Positions 1 through 8,474 of a DNA stretch of 64,000 nucleotides are shown here, one piece after another. The notes below the pieces were generated by a model. It saw only the letters and a program-made list of their open reading frames with translations, made no database searches and was not told the origin of the DNA. Within the stretch, counting starts at the first letter, position 1. The number at the start of each line of letters is the position of its first letter. The DNA lies in the NCBI GenBank assembly GCA_035342335.1, contig DAOQWY010000004.1:123813-187812 (forward strand). The letters run 5' to 3'. Both the position numbers and the translations under genes were made by a program. Source of the DNA: Bacteroidales bacterium (GTDB lineage: Bacteria; Bacteroidota; Bacteroidia; Bacteroidales; JAGONC01).

Positions 1-1496
1 ATATAGCCCATGATGATATAGGGCGAACCTGCCAAAGTCCAGGTGCCGCTGACTTCATTGTCCCAGATAAGAGTTTCGTCGGATAGCACCGGTTTGAGTT
101 CTCCCAAGGTAATTTCATGAAAAACGCCGTCCCGTCCATTGGTAGTTATATTACCACTCACCCCCTGCCCTTCCATATAGGTTCTCATGGAATGGCCTGC
201 CAGGTCTTTCAGAAATGAAGCGGCCACATGCCGGGCATTGGCCGTGGCATTTGCCGAAATATCGGTAAGGGTTGAAGGACTTGACTGGCTCGACCAGGTG
301 TAATTTATTGTTCCCACATCGCGGGTTCCGTAATTCGTGTCGATCACGTATTCAAGGATAGGCTCACCTGCGATTTCCAAAGTAACTGCATTTCCGTAAT
401 GATGATACCAGTGCGTACTGCCATTCAGCCCCCAGTCAATGCCTTCGATGTTATTGCCAAGCGTGGAAAGTCCGGATTTTATTTTAAGCTGGTCAATGGT
501 ATATCCCTTGTATTCCAGTTGTGCGTTAAGGTTGGGAAATCCTGTTCCTGCACCTGTGAAGTGGCATAGCGCTGCTTCGGGATCCGGGTCAATGTTGTCG
601 TAATCGCGCGAAGTAATATAATACGCCATCCACCAGTTGATACCATTGTATGTAAAGGTATGGCCATACGCCTGGGGCTCGGGACCCGAACCATCGGCAT
701 CCCATGCGACAACGCCTTCATGGTCTGTCACCAGACCGGTAAACGGAAGTATGGGAAAACCCTTTTCGAGGTATCCGTCAATCACATCGAAATATAATCC
801 GTCAATCCTGCTGTTACCCGAAAAAAACACACCTGTTGAAGTCAGTTTACCTACCAGCCTCAGCTCCCAACCATCCATGTCCTGTAAAAAGGCTGCTGCA
901 ACCTCCTGCACTGGAATGGAACTGTTTTGAGAATGATCAAACGGACGGGTAAAACTGGTTTCAAACTGCCAGATGCCAGGATTGGAATGATCATAAGCAG
1001 TGAAGACATTTTTGCAATAAAACAAGATCATTGGTTCGCCATCCAGTTCAATGTAGCAATAACCGTCATATCTGTTCAAATAATGCTTGTTGCCGTCGGT
1101 AAACCAGTCCTCGCCTTCAATATCATTCCCTTCAATAAGCAACCCATGTTTTATTTTAACCTGTCCGGGCAAAAAGCCATAGCTGGACAGCGCTTGCTCA
1201 AAAAGCGGGAATCCGGTCATTCCTGGCAAAAAATGACAAAATGCCGCATTCGGTTCGGGATCGATGTCATCGTAATCCCTTGAAGCGCTATAGTAGCGTG
1301 AGCTGCCATAGCCGAAAGGATGAGGATGGCCTGCAGCGGCAGGTTCAGGGCCTGTGCCGTCGGCATCCCAAACGGCAATGCCTTCGTGATCTGCCGATAA
1401 TCCCTCGAACGGGATCTGGGCATTTGAATACAGAATGGTCAGCACGATCATCGCAATGGCTAACCCTGTTGTTTGAAGTAATGTATTAGTTTTCAT
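1..1496 (-). CDS. Secreted hypothetical protein. The N-terminal 498 codons are visible and the 3' end runs off the left window edge. Absent from the supplied ORF track.
   Basis: Manual reverse-complement translation from the ATG (complement of 1494..1496) is stop-free to base 1. It starts MKTNTLLQTTGLAIAMIVLTILYSNAQ (signal peptide). Two copies follow of a module DHEG[IV]xxWDADGxGPEP...SRDYDxIDPxPxAAxCHF..G.TGFP...KIK.G...GN.IEG.DW. It ends ...NEVSGTWTLAGSPYIIMGY. Track ORFs 479..721, 637..930, 927..1283 and 1217..1423 lie in other frames. Confidence 0.8.
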   Translation of the reverse strand, partial: MKTNTLLQTTGLAIAMIVLTILYSNAQIPFEGLSADHEGIAVWDADGTGPEPAAAGHPHPFGYGSSRYYSASRDYDDIDPEPNAAFCHFLPGMTGFPLFEQALSSYGFLPGQVKIKHGLLIEGNDIEGEDWFTDGNKHYLNRYDGYCYIELDGEPMILFYCKNVFTAYDHSNPGIWQFETSFTRPFDHSQNSSIPVQEVAAAFLQDMDGWELRLVGKLTSTGVFFSGNSRIDGLYFDVIDGYLEKGFPILPFTGLVTDHEGVVAWDADGSGPEPQAYGHTFTYNGINWWMAYYITSRDYDNIDPDPEAALCHFTGAGTGFPNLNAQLEYKGYTIDQLKIKSGLSTLGNNIEGIDWGLNGSTHWYHHYGNAVTLEIAGEPILEYVIDTNYGTRDVGTINYTWSSQSSPSTLTDISANATANARHVAASFLKDLAGHSMRTYMEGQGVSGNITTNGRDGVFHEITLGELKPVLSDETLIWDNEVSGTWTLAGSPYIIMGY

Positions 1497-1620
1497 AAGA
1501 ACCTCCTTTTTTTTGAGACCTTTTCATATGTTAAATTGTTAAACTGCTAATTGCTGATCCTTCGGGCTTCGCCCTCAGGACATGCTGCCAACTGCCTATT
1601 ATCAGGCTGCCAGTATAAAA
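1497..1620 (-). repeat. Upstream cassette copy E1, same family as 18229..18337 and 63002..63160
   Basis: Read on the minus strand it has collinear blocks CAGTTGGCAGC, GTCCTGAGG, GGATCAGCAATTAGCA, then A/T-rich GTTTAACAATTTAACA, about 45 nt before the ATG at 1496. It contains the triloop hairpin GGGC-TTC-GCCC. Confidence 0.55.
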
Positions 1621-1738
1621 TTACTGCACCAAAAAAGTGAAAATGAAACAGATGCATTGTCGCGCGGGAGAGATACAGGACCGGTGGGGATGGATACTTA
1701 AACGCTGGAAGCTAAAGCAAATCCTAAATTCCAAGCAA

Positions 1739-2035
1739 GTGATTGCCCTATTAAGATCCTGATTCATTCCTCCCTCCCTTACCCGTAGGGCATATCGTAT
1801 TGTAGCAGGTAGGTGGCCGAATTCCCCTCCCTTGCCCGTAGGGCAAGCAGTATTGTACCATAATGGCATGAAATGATTCAATACCCCGTAGGGGTTCCAG
1901 ATTTATGTTTATCCCCTACGGGGAATAAAATCATTGGATGATCCCATTGAGCTACAATTCTTTAACCGCTACGCGGTAAAATACAAATAAAGGAGTACAG
2001 ATCAGTGTTTTACTGCATACAGTTTATTTGATAAG
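1739..2035 (+). repeat. Direct repeat DR-1 (297 nt), partner of 3665..3961
   Basis: Manual alignment gives about 15 mismatches in the first 124 nt, and the last 173 nt (1863..2035) are identical to 3789..3961. Hairpins include CCCCGTAGGGG (1884..1894) pairing with CCCCTACGGGG (1913..1923), and ACCGC-TAC-GCGGT (1965..1977). Confidence 0.9.
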
Positions 2036-2049
2036 ATGATATTTCTTCC

Positions 2050-2110
2050 GGGATTTGTTTTTGATTTGGATCTTGTGATTTGTTTGGATTTTGGAAGTTG
2101 GGATTTGGAA
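2050..2110 (+). repeat. GGGATTTG/GGATTTGG word tract following DR-1
   Basis: 2062..2108 matches 3974..4020 with 3 mismatches in 47 nt, so the direct repeat extends past 2035. Confidence 0.8.
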
Positions 2111-2133
2111 TTTTTTTATGTGGTTGTTCGGAT

Positions 2134-3507
2134 TTACCTTGCTAACATATCCGAAGGTGTAAAAACGTGGAATCCGGGAAGCGCTTTACCGGGTCTTTCT
2201 TTAAGAAATAACGCTTTAATGACAGATTTGCTTTCAACAAACGGGAATGCCGCAATTTTACTGTCAATTGAAGAGGCCAGTTCCCCGACAGGTACCTTAT
2301 CCGACCATTTCACTTCCCCGACAAGCAAGCTGCTTCTATCCAGAGATTCTGATAAAAGGTCAATTTCCATCGCTTTTTTATCTGTTCCGGTACCCCACCA
2401 GCGGGAAGCCGGATTAAATTTTTTACCGTCGATGACCATCTCATGTATCATTTTTCTGCATAAATCTTCCCATAAACCCGACAGATATGAATTATACTTC
2501 GCATCAATCCCCTGCCAGACCTCTTCGATCATACCAGATTCGAGCCTGCTTTTATTGGGGATAAGGAAATTGAAGTAGAAATTCAGGAAGGGATCATCAA
2601 TCTTATAAAGGCTTCGTTTGGCGGATCTCCCAGATTCTCCGAAGGGTACTTCACGACGAATGTATCCCTGGTTGATAAGGAATCCAAAAAGACGCGACAG
2701 CTGAGTCACCGGTTTTCCTAATCTTCTGGCAATTTCGGATGGTTTGTGCACACCGGAGCCGATCAGGCTCATTACGGAAAAAGCCTGCACGGATGTCCTC
2801 ATCTCATCGGAAAATAGACGTTCAGGTTCCTCGTAAAGGATACCGTTTTGATCGAGTATGCTTTTTTTTACAGCTTCTGTAAAATCCTTGTATTCTTTCC
2901 TGATTTCCCAGTATCTGGGGACGCCACCCCAGGCACCATATTCCATGACAGCTTCTTCCGGACGGAGTGACAAGAAAGTATGCATCTCTTTTATTCCCAT
3001 GGGTTTTACCCGGATGATTTCATCACATCGTCCATAGAGTGGTGAGCTGCTGTCCAGGACCATACTGTACATCATTTGCTGGGAGGATCCGCAGAGGATC
3101 AGATGAAAATTCCTCTTATCAGATTCTTCTGTTATTTTTTGTAAAATTGAAGGCAACTCCGGGCTGTTTTTAACCAGGTAGGGAAATTCGTCAATACAAA
3201 TAATTGTCCTTGATTTCAGGACAGAATTCAGACTATGGAACAAACTTTCCCAGTCGGGATAGACAGGTCTGGAAAAACCGGGTGCAAGGGCATCCACCTG
3301 TTTTGCAAGCGCCAGGATCTGGAGGGGTGGTTCTCTTAAATCCGCAGAAAAATATAGGGCATGAGGGGGAAGCACCCGATGCAACAATGTCGACTTTCCA
3401 CACCTGCGCCGGCCATAGACAACGATCAGCTGTGGTTTTTCCTTAACGAAAGCATTCTGCAGCCTTTCAATTTCCTTCTCTCTGTTGACAAACATATGAC
3501 TATTCAT
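2134..3507 (-). CDS. AAA-type ATPase of the COG1672 family (archaeal-ATPase-like plus DUF234) with a wHTH and a C-terminal PD-(D/E)xK-like nuclease motif
   Basis: Walker A is YGRRRCGKSTLL and Walker B is IICIDEFPY. The wHTH is SEIARRLGKPVTQLSRLFGFLINQGYI. The DUF234-like stretch is YKIDDPFLNFYFNFL, followed by EIDLL...LVGEVKW. The track start at 3528 is a TTG inside a TATTTTTG -7 box, and the first ATG is at 3507 (MNSHMFVNREKE). Confidence 0.85.
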   Translation of the reverse strand: MNSHMFVNREKEIERLQNAFVKEKPQLIVVYGRRRCGKSTLLHRVLPPHALYFSADLREPPLQILALAKQVDALAPGFSRPVYPDWESLFHSLNSVLKSRTIICIDEFPYLVKNSPELPSILQKITEESDKRNFHLILCGSSQQMMYSMVLDSSSPLYGRCDEIIRVKPMGIKEMHTFLSLRPEEAVMEYGAWGGVPRYWEIRKEYKDFTEAVKKSILDQNGILYEEPERLFSDEMRTSVQAFSVMSLIGSGVHKPSEIARRLGKPVTQLSRLFGFLINQGYIRREVPFGESGRSAKRSLYKIDDPFLNFYFNFLIPNKSRLESGMIEEVWQGIDAKYNSYLSGLWEDLCRKMIHEMVIDGKKFNPASRWWGTGTDKKAMEIDLLSESLDRSSLLVGEVKWSDKVPVGELASSIDSKIAAFPFVESKSVIKALFLKERPGKALPGFHVFTPSDMLAR

Positions 3508-3525
3508 TTTGAAAATTATGTTTGA

Positions 3526-3533
3526 CAAAAATA
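3526..3533 (-). promoter_or_regulatory. Candidate Bacteroidota -7 box (TATTTTTG) for the ATPase gene
   Basis: The complement of CAAAAATA matches the TAnnTTTG consensus and lies about 19 nt upstream of the ATG at 3507. Confidence 0.4.
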
Positions 3534-3597
3534 ATGCTTTTCAAGCATAAATGATGACGTTTCCTGTTATTTTTTCTTACAAAATCCTACAGGGAAT

Positions 3598-3662
3598 AAA
3601 TCCCAAATCCCAAGGTCCAAAATCCAAACAAATCCCAAATTCCAGGATCCAAATTACAAACA
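3598..3662 (-). repeat. Inverted GGGATTTG-type word tract (CCAAATCC on the plus strand) upstream of the ATPase
   Basis: The sequence is AAATCCCAAATCCCAAGGTCCAAAATCCAAACAAATCCCAAATTCCAGGATCCAAATTACAAACA. A short counterpart, CAAATCCTAAATTCCAAG, lies at 1718..1735. Confidence 0.75.
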
Positions 3663-3664
3663 CT

Positions 3665-3961
3665 GTGATTGCCCTATTTAAATCCTGATTCATTCCCCCT
3701 TCCCTTGCCCATAGGGCATATCGTATTGTAGCAGGTAGGTGACCGAATTCCCTTTCCTTGCCCGCAGGGCATATAGTATTGTAGCATCATGGCATGAAAT
3801 GATTCAATACCCCGTAGGGGTTCCAGATTTATGTTTATCCCCTACGGGGAATAAAATCATTGGATGATCCCATTGAGCTACAATTCTTTAACCGCTACGC
3901 GGTAAAATACAAATAAAGGAGTACAGATCAGTGTTTTACTGCATACAGTTTATTTGATAAG
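3665..3961 (+). repeat. Direct repeat DR-2 (297 nt), partner of 1739..2035
   Basis: See DR-1. The core 3789..3961 is identical to 1863..2035. Confidence 0.9.
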
Positions 3962-4058
3962 GTGATTTGTTTGTGATTTGGATCTTGTGATATGTTTGGA
4001 ATTTGGATGTTGGGATTTGGGATTTGCCTGGATTATGGTGCCTGGGATTTGGGATTTG
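3962..4058 (+). repeat. GGGATTTG/GGAATTTG word tract following DR-2
   Basis: The sequence is GTGATTTGTTTGTGATTTGGATCTTGTGATATGTTTGGAATTTGGATGTTGGGATTTGGGATTTG...CTGGGATTTGGGATTTG. GC hairpins follow at 4072..4093 and 4107..4123 (CCCCGCA-GAA-TGCGGGG). Confidence 0.8.
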
Positions 4059-4226
4059 CGAAAAGCTTGAAGATCCCGCCTTGCGGTGGGATCTTTGTGG
4101 AGTTTACCCCGCAGAATGCGGGGCTTCGACTTGCTGCTTGAAGCTATTAACCTGCAACATGTACCTTGCAACATGCAACACACGTCATAAAATCAACTTT
4201 CCCGCGTTAATAATCCAAATAAACCC

Positions 4227-4234
4227 TATTTTTG
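4227..4234 (+). promoter_or_regulatory. Candidate -7 box (TATTTTTG) for gap
   Basis: It matches TAnnTTTG and lies about 60 nt upstream of the ATG at 4296. Confidence 0.35.
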
Positions 4235-4295
4235 CACCCGCAAAGTTGTAGAGTGAATTTAATATTAAATAATTGAAAATCAAAATAGTAAGACT

Positions 4296-5300
4296 ATGAA
4301 CAAGATTAAAGTCGGCATCAACGGTTTTGGAAGGATTGGAAGAAACGTAATGAAAATAGCACTCGAGCGCGGCAACATCGAGATCATCGGCATCAATGAC
4401 CTGACCAGCACAAGTGTCCTGGCTCATCTGTTAAAGTACGATTCCACCCAGGGAAAATTCAACGGAACGGTTTCCTTTGATGATACGAATCTTATCATTA
4501 ACGGGGTCAGGATCCCTGTAACGGCCGAAAGAAGCCCGATCAACATCCGCTGGGCCACATCACCGGATGTTGTTGTGGAATCTACCGGTGTGTTCCGCTC
4601 CAAAGAGAGTGCAAAGGGAGGGTACGGCGACCACCTGAAGAACGGTGCAAAGAAAGTGATCCTAACCGTTCCTGCAAAGGACGACATTGACCGCATGATC
4701 GTCATCGGAGTGAACGACAATGACCTGAAAGAGACCGATCAGTGCATTTCCAATGCTTCTTGCACGACGAACTGCCTGGCACCGGTCGCCAAGGTGCTCA
4801 ACGACCGGTTCGGCATCGAAAATGGCTTCATGACAACCATCCATTCCTATACGAATGATCAAGTGATCCTTGACGGACCTCATACCGATCTGCGCCGGGC
4901 GCGCTCCGCTGCCATCTCGCAGATCCCGACCACAACGGGCGCTGCCCGGGCAGTCGGCAAGGTAATCCCTGCCCTCAAGGGAAAACTGGATGGAATGGCT
5001 ATCCGCGTCCCCACCCCTACAGGGTCCGTTGTCGACCTGGTAGTCAACCTGAAGGTGGAAGTGACTAAAGATGAAGTCAACAAGGCGATCAAGGAAGCTG
5101 CCGAAGGCCCGATGAAGGGGATCCTCGAATATACCGAAGACCCGATCGTATCGGTCGATATCATCCATAACCCTCATTCATCGATTTTTGATGCACTGAG
5201 CACCATGGTCATGGGCAAAACGGTCAAGATCCTTTCGTGGTACGACAATGAATGGGGCTACTCGGTGAGGGTCGTCGACCTCATTGAGAGAGCATTTTAA
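4296..5300 (+). CDS. gap: Glyceraldehyde-3-phosphate dehydrogenase, type I
   Basis: 334 aa. It has the NAD-binding motif [12 protein letters not shown] and the catalytic motif [12 protein letters not shown]. Confidence 0.95.
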   Translation: MNKIKVGINGFGRIGRNVMKIALERGNIEIIGINDLTSTSVLAHLLKYDSTQGKFNGTVSFDDTNLIINGVRIPVTAERSPINIRWATSPDVVVESTGVFRSKESAKGGYGDHLKNGAKKVILTVPAKDDIDRMIVIGVNDNDLKETDQCISNASCTTNCLAPVAKVLNDRFGIENGFMTTIHSYTNDQVILDGPHTDLRRARSAAISQIPTTTGAARAVGKVIPALKGKLDGMAIRVPTPTGSVVDLVVNLKVEVTKDEVNKAIKEAAEGPMKGILEYTEDPIVSVDIIHNPHSSIFDALSTMVMGKTVKILSWYDNEWGYSVRVVDLIERAF

Positions 5301-5353
5301 TGATTTCAGGATAAGAAAAATTGGTGTAGCTTTGTGGCTGCACATTTTACCCG

Positions 5354-7465
5354 ATGTCCTTTTTCTCACGCCGAATCCCGGTAAAAACGCGCTTTTACGT
5401 TCCTATTGTGACCGGTATCATCATTATGGCGATGATCATCACCATCATCACCATCGCGATGGTACGGCGTAATATTTACCGTTCCCTGGAACGTAATCTG
5501 TCGACGGAGGTCCAGACGATCGTTAAAATGTTTGAGCGTGAAAGAGCACTGAAACTGGACAAGGTCCATCGTGACCTGAAAGTCGCGCACGAGTTGTTTT
5601 ACCAGGATTCACTGGTGATAGGACAAGAAACCTTCGAGGTTCCTGTCCTTAATCAGGTTTCCGGCACTCTGCATCAGGCCGGGCTTCAAAAGTGGTACCT
5701 GGCCGGCAAAGAACTTTATCAGAATTACGATTTCATCGATCGTGTTCATTTTCTTACCGATGCGACCGTTACACTTTTTCAGAAGATCGACAGCGGTTTT
5801 GTGAGGATCTCCACCAACGTGTTGAAGGAAGACAGCAGCCGGGCCATCGGGACATTTATTCCCCTGGACTCCAGCGTGGCAGACACGATCAACCGAATGA
5901 AAACTTTTTTCGGGCGTGCCTTTGTCGTGAATGACTGGTATATTACTGCTTATGAACCCATCCTGTCACAAGGGGAAATCGTGGGCATGCTTTATGTCGG
6001 GGATAAGGAAAAAGACCTGGACAAACTACGCGAAGTCCTTCGTGACCTTAAAATCGGGAAATCAGGATTTCCCTTTGTCATGGATGATCAGGGCACCCTG
6101 ATCATTCACCCGGCACTCCAGGGAGAAAAATACGGTGACGATGACCTGTTTGAAAAGATTGCCCGAATGAAGGAAGGACTGATCATCAGCAGGGGTGGTC
6201 CGGGACGGGAGAAGAACATGATCGCCTTTGATTACTATGAGGACTTTAGGTTTTACATTGGCGTAACCCTGCCCGTCAAGGAAGAAACCGCCCAGATCCT
6301 GAACAAGATCATTCTCAATTCCCTGATCCTTTCCCTTATCATCATCCTGGCCTTTTCCATCTTTGTTTATTATCTCACGATTGAAAATGTCAGAAAATTC
6401 CTGGGAGAACTTGAAGTTTCACAGGCTCAGCTTGACAGTACCAAAAGTGCACTGGCTCAGTCGGAACAGCATTTCAAGACCCTGTTCAACAACAGCAGCG
6501 ATGATATTTTTGTACTGGATATGGAGGGAAACTTCCTGGAGGTGAATCAGGTGGCCTGCGATAACCTTGGGTACAGCCCCGAAGAATTCAAACGGATGAA
6601 CTTCAGGGATATCAAGACACCGAAATTCCTGGATAAAGTTGACCGAAACCTGGAAACCATCCGTATGCTTGGCAAATACCGTTATGAGTCGGAGAATGTG
6701 GCAACAAGCGGCAGGGTGATCCCGGTGGAAATGAACAGCAGGATCATTGAATACAGGGGAAAGAAAGTCATCCTGACCATTGCCAGGGATATTACGGAGC
6801 GCAAGGAGGTTGAAGAAAAGATCCTGCGAACGATCATCCAGACCGAAGAGCGGGAGCGAAAACGGTTCGTTGCCGACCTGCACGACGGGCTGGCACCTAT
6901 TCTGTCGACCATCAAGCTTTATACGGATATCCTGAAGAAGGGCAACTTTAAAAAGATCGATAAAGGGGAAGCGATTGCCAACGTGGAAGAGCTGGTGGAC
7001 ATGGCCATCAAGTCAACACGGGAGATCTCCAACAACATCCGGCCTTCGCTGCTACAGGATTTTGGCCTGGCAGCTGCCATCCACGAATTCACCTCCTATG
7101 TCAAGGCAACGCACGCCGTTGACATTGAGGTGAATACACAGCAATACACGATCGATCACCGTGGAATCGAGGAAACCATCCTCTACCAATCCGTTCAGGA
7201 ACTGATCAACAACACCCTGAAGCATTCAAAAGCGGATCATATCAAGATCGACCTGAAGAGCTTCGACAATCAGATCATCCTGTACTACCGCGATAACGGG
7301 ATTGGTTTTGACCTCACTGCGGAACTGAAGAAAAATACCGGATACGGTCTCAACAATATCATCAATAAAATGAAAACCATCAAGGGATCCTGCGATATCA
7401 ACACCGAAGTGGGGAAAGGGATGTTTTTGATCGCCTCGGTAAGGATCCCGGAAAACAATGCCTGA
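5354..7465 (+). CDS. Membrane sensor histidine kinase (Cache-like periplasmic domain, PAS, HisKA_3, HATPase_c)
   Basis: 703 aa with two TM helices flanking a Cache-like domain (FVRISTNVL...NDWYITAYEPI). It has a PAS-like region, the NarX-type H-box FVADLHDGLAPIL, and an ATPase region DNGIGF...GYGLNNI. Confidence 0.9.
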   Translation: MSFFSRRIPVKTRFYVPIVTGIIIMAMIITIITIAMVRRNIYRSLERNLSTEVQTIVKMFERERALKLDKVHRDLKVAHELFYQDSLVIGQETFEVPVLNQVSGTLHQAGLQKWYLAGKELYQNYDFIDRVHFLTDATVTLFQKIDSGFVRISTNVLKEDSSRAIGTFIPLDSSVADTINRMKTFFGRAFVVNDWYITAYEPILSQGEIVGMLYVGDKEKDLDKLREVLRDLKIGKSGFPFVMDDQGTLIIHPALQGEKYGDDDLFEKIARMKEGLIISRGGPGREKNMIAFDYYEDFRFYIGVTLPVKEETAQILNKIILNSLILSLIIILAFSIFVYYLTIENVRKFLGELEVSQAQLDSTKSALAQSEQHFKTLFNNSSDDIFVLDMEGNFLEVNQVACDNLGYSPEEFKRMNFRDIKTPKFLDKVDRNLETIRMLGKYRYESENVATSGRVIPVEMNSRIIEYRGKKVILTIARDITERKEVEEKILRTIIQTEERERKRFVADLHDGLAPILSTIKLYTDILKKGNFKKIDKGEAIANVEELVDMAIKSTREISNNIRPSLLQDFGLAAAIHEFTSYVKATHAVDIEVNTQQYTIDHRGIEETILYQSVQELINNTLKHSKADHIKIDLKSFDNQIILYYRDNGIGFDLTAELKKNTGYGLNNIINKMKTIKGSCDINTEVGKGMFLIASVRIPENNA

Positions 7466-8105
7466 CATGGATATCATCAAAGTCATGATCGTGGATGATC
7501 ACATCATCTTTCGTAAAGGATTGCGGACCATACTCAATGAGATCGATGAACTGAAGGTGGTGGCGGAGGCTTCCAACGGCGTCGAACTGATGGATGCCCT
7601 GAAAAAAATCCAGACCGATGTTATCTTCATGGACATCCGGATGCCCATGATGGATGGGATCGAGGCCACTAAAAAAGTCACTGCGAAATACCCGGATGTC
7701 AAAATAATCGCACTGACCATGTTCGAGGAAGTGAGTTACTTCAACGAGATGATCGAGGCCGGAGCCGCTGGGTTCCTGCTGAAAAAGACCACAACGAAGG
7801 AACTCAAAACGGCCATTGATGCCGTTCTCCGCGACGATACCTACTTTTCTGAGGAATTTATCGCTTCTGCCAGCAAGTATCAGAGGATCAAGCCCAAAGG
7901 ACCCGATGTCAGGCTCTCCGACCGCGAGTTGGAGGTGCTTGAACTGATCTGCAAAGGAAACTCCAATGCAGAGATTGCCAAATTATTAGGGGTCAGCCAG
8001 CGAACCGTGGACGGACACCGTGCCCACCTCTTCGAAAAAACCGGTGCCAGAAATGCCCCCAACCTGGTGCTCTATGCGGTGAAACATGGACTGATCAGGA
8101 CCTGA
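7458..8105 (+). CDS. NarL/LuxR-family response regulator (REC plus GerE HTH)
   Basis: The REC domain has phosphoacceptor context DVIFMDIRMP. The HTH is LSDRELEVLELICKGNSNAEIAKLLGVSQRTVDGHR. The start overlaps the kinase stop by 8 nt. Confidence 0.93.
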   Translation: MPDMDIIKVMIVDDHIIFRKGLRTILNEIDELKVVAEASNGVELMDALKKIQTDVIFMDIRMPMMDGIEATKKVTAKYPDVKIIALTMFEEVSYFNEMIEAGAAGFLLKKTTTKELKTAIDAVLRDDTYFSEEFIASASKYQRIKPKGPDVRLSDRELEVLELICKGNSNAEIAKLLGVSQRTVDGHRAHLFEKTGARNAPNLVLYAVKHGLIRT

Positions 8106-8417
8106 TGGCACATCACAGACCCCGGAACGGATAAATCCCAGCCAGATTCCGGGTGAGTGACGGAGTTTTACACTGTCTCCGGACGAAAATCCAATGTGTA
8201 AAACACCTATACCTCAAAAAATAATCTTTTTTTTTAATTTTTTTCTGTTTGCCGGTGGGTCATTTCCAATGCTTTCAGTCGAAGGATCCCGATGGAGTTC
8301 AGTTCTGCTTAGTGACTTTAAGTATTTGAAAAACAATATTATAACTATTGAAATATAGGTGTTTCCACCTGTTTTCCGCGTGCACCTTCCACTCTTGCAG
8401 GGTCTGTGTTCCCGCTC

Positions 8418-8425
8418 TAATTTTG
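8418..8425 (+). promoter_or_regulatory. Candidate -7 box (TAATTTTG) for the hydrogenase island
   Basis: It matches TAnnTTTG and lies about 50 nt upstream of the ATG at 8475. A CTTG sits about 21 nt upstream as a weak -33. Confidence 0.35.
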
Positions 8426-8474
8426 CGACTGAATCGAAATAGCAGGTACCATCTTTATTTTAATAAGACAATTT

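Noticed and set aside
2036-2578. 180-aa plus-strand ORF starting right after direct repeat DR-1
   Set aside because: It overlaps the 3' half of the ATPase gene on the opposite strand. Its start lies in the GGATTTG word tract. The equivalent position after DR-2 has no ORF (GTG ATT TGT TTG TGA).
1718-4058. Calling the ATPase cassette a mobile element
   Set aside because: No transposase, integrase, terminal inverted repeats or target-site duplication could be identified. The direct repeats alone do not justify a mobile_element feature, so it is reported as a finding with explicit tests.
5284-5472. 62-aa ORF ending in a His-rich run (HHYGDDHHHHHHRDG)
   Set aside because: It is an alternative frame of the kinase N-terminal transmembrane helix (ATC/ATT-rich codons) and overlaps the well-supported start at 5354.
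8165-8236. Hairpin GTTTTACAC...GTGTAAAAC followed by a T-run, as a possible terminator after the LuxR-type regulator
   Set aside because: The loop is 22 nt and the T-run begins about 22 nt after the stem, so it is not a canonical intrinsic terminator. The repeat is instead reported as a possible operator motif.
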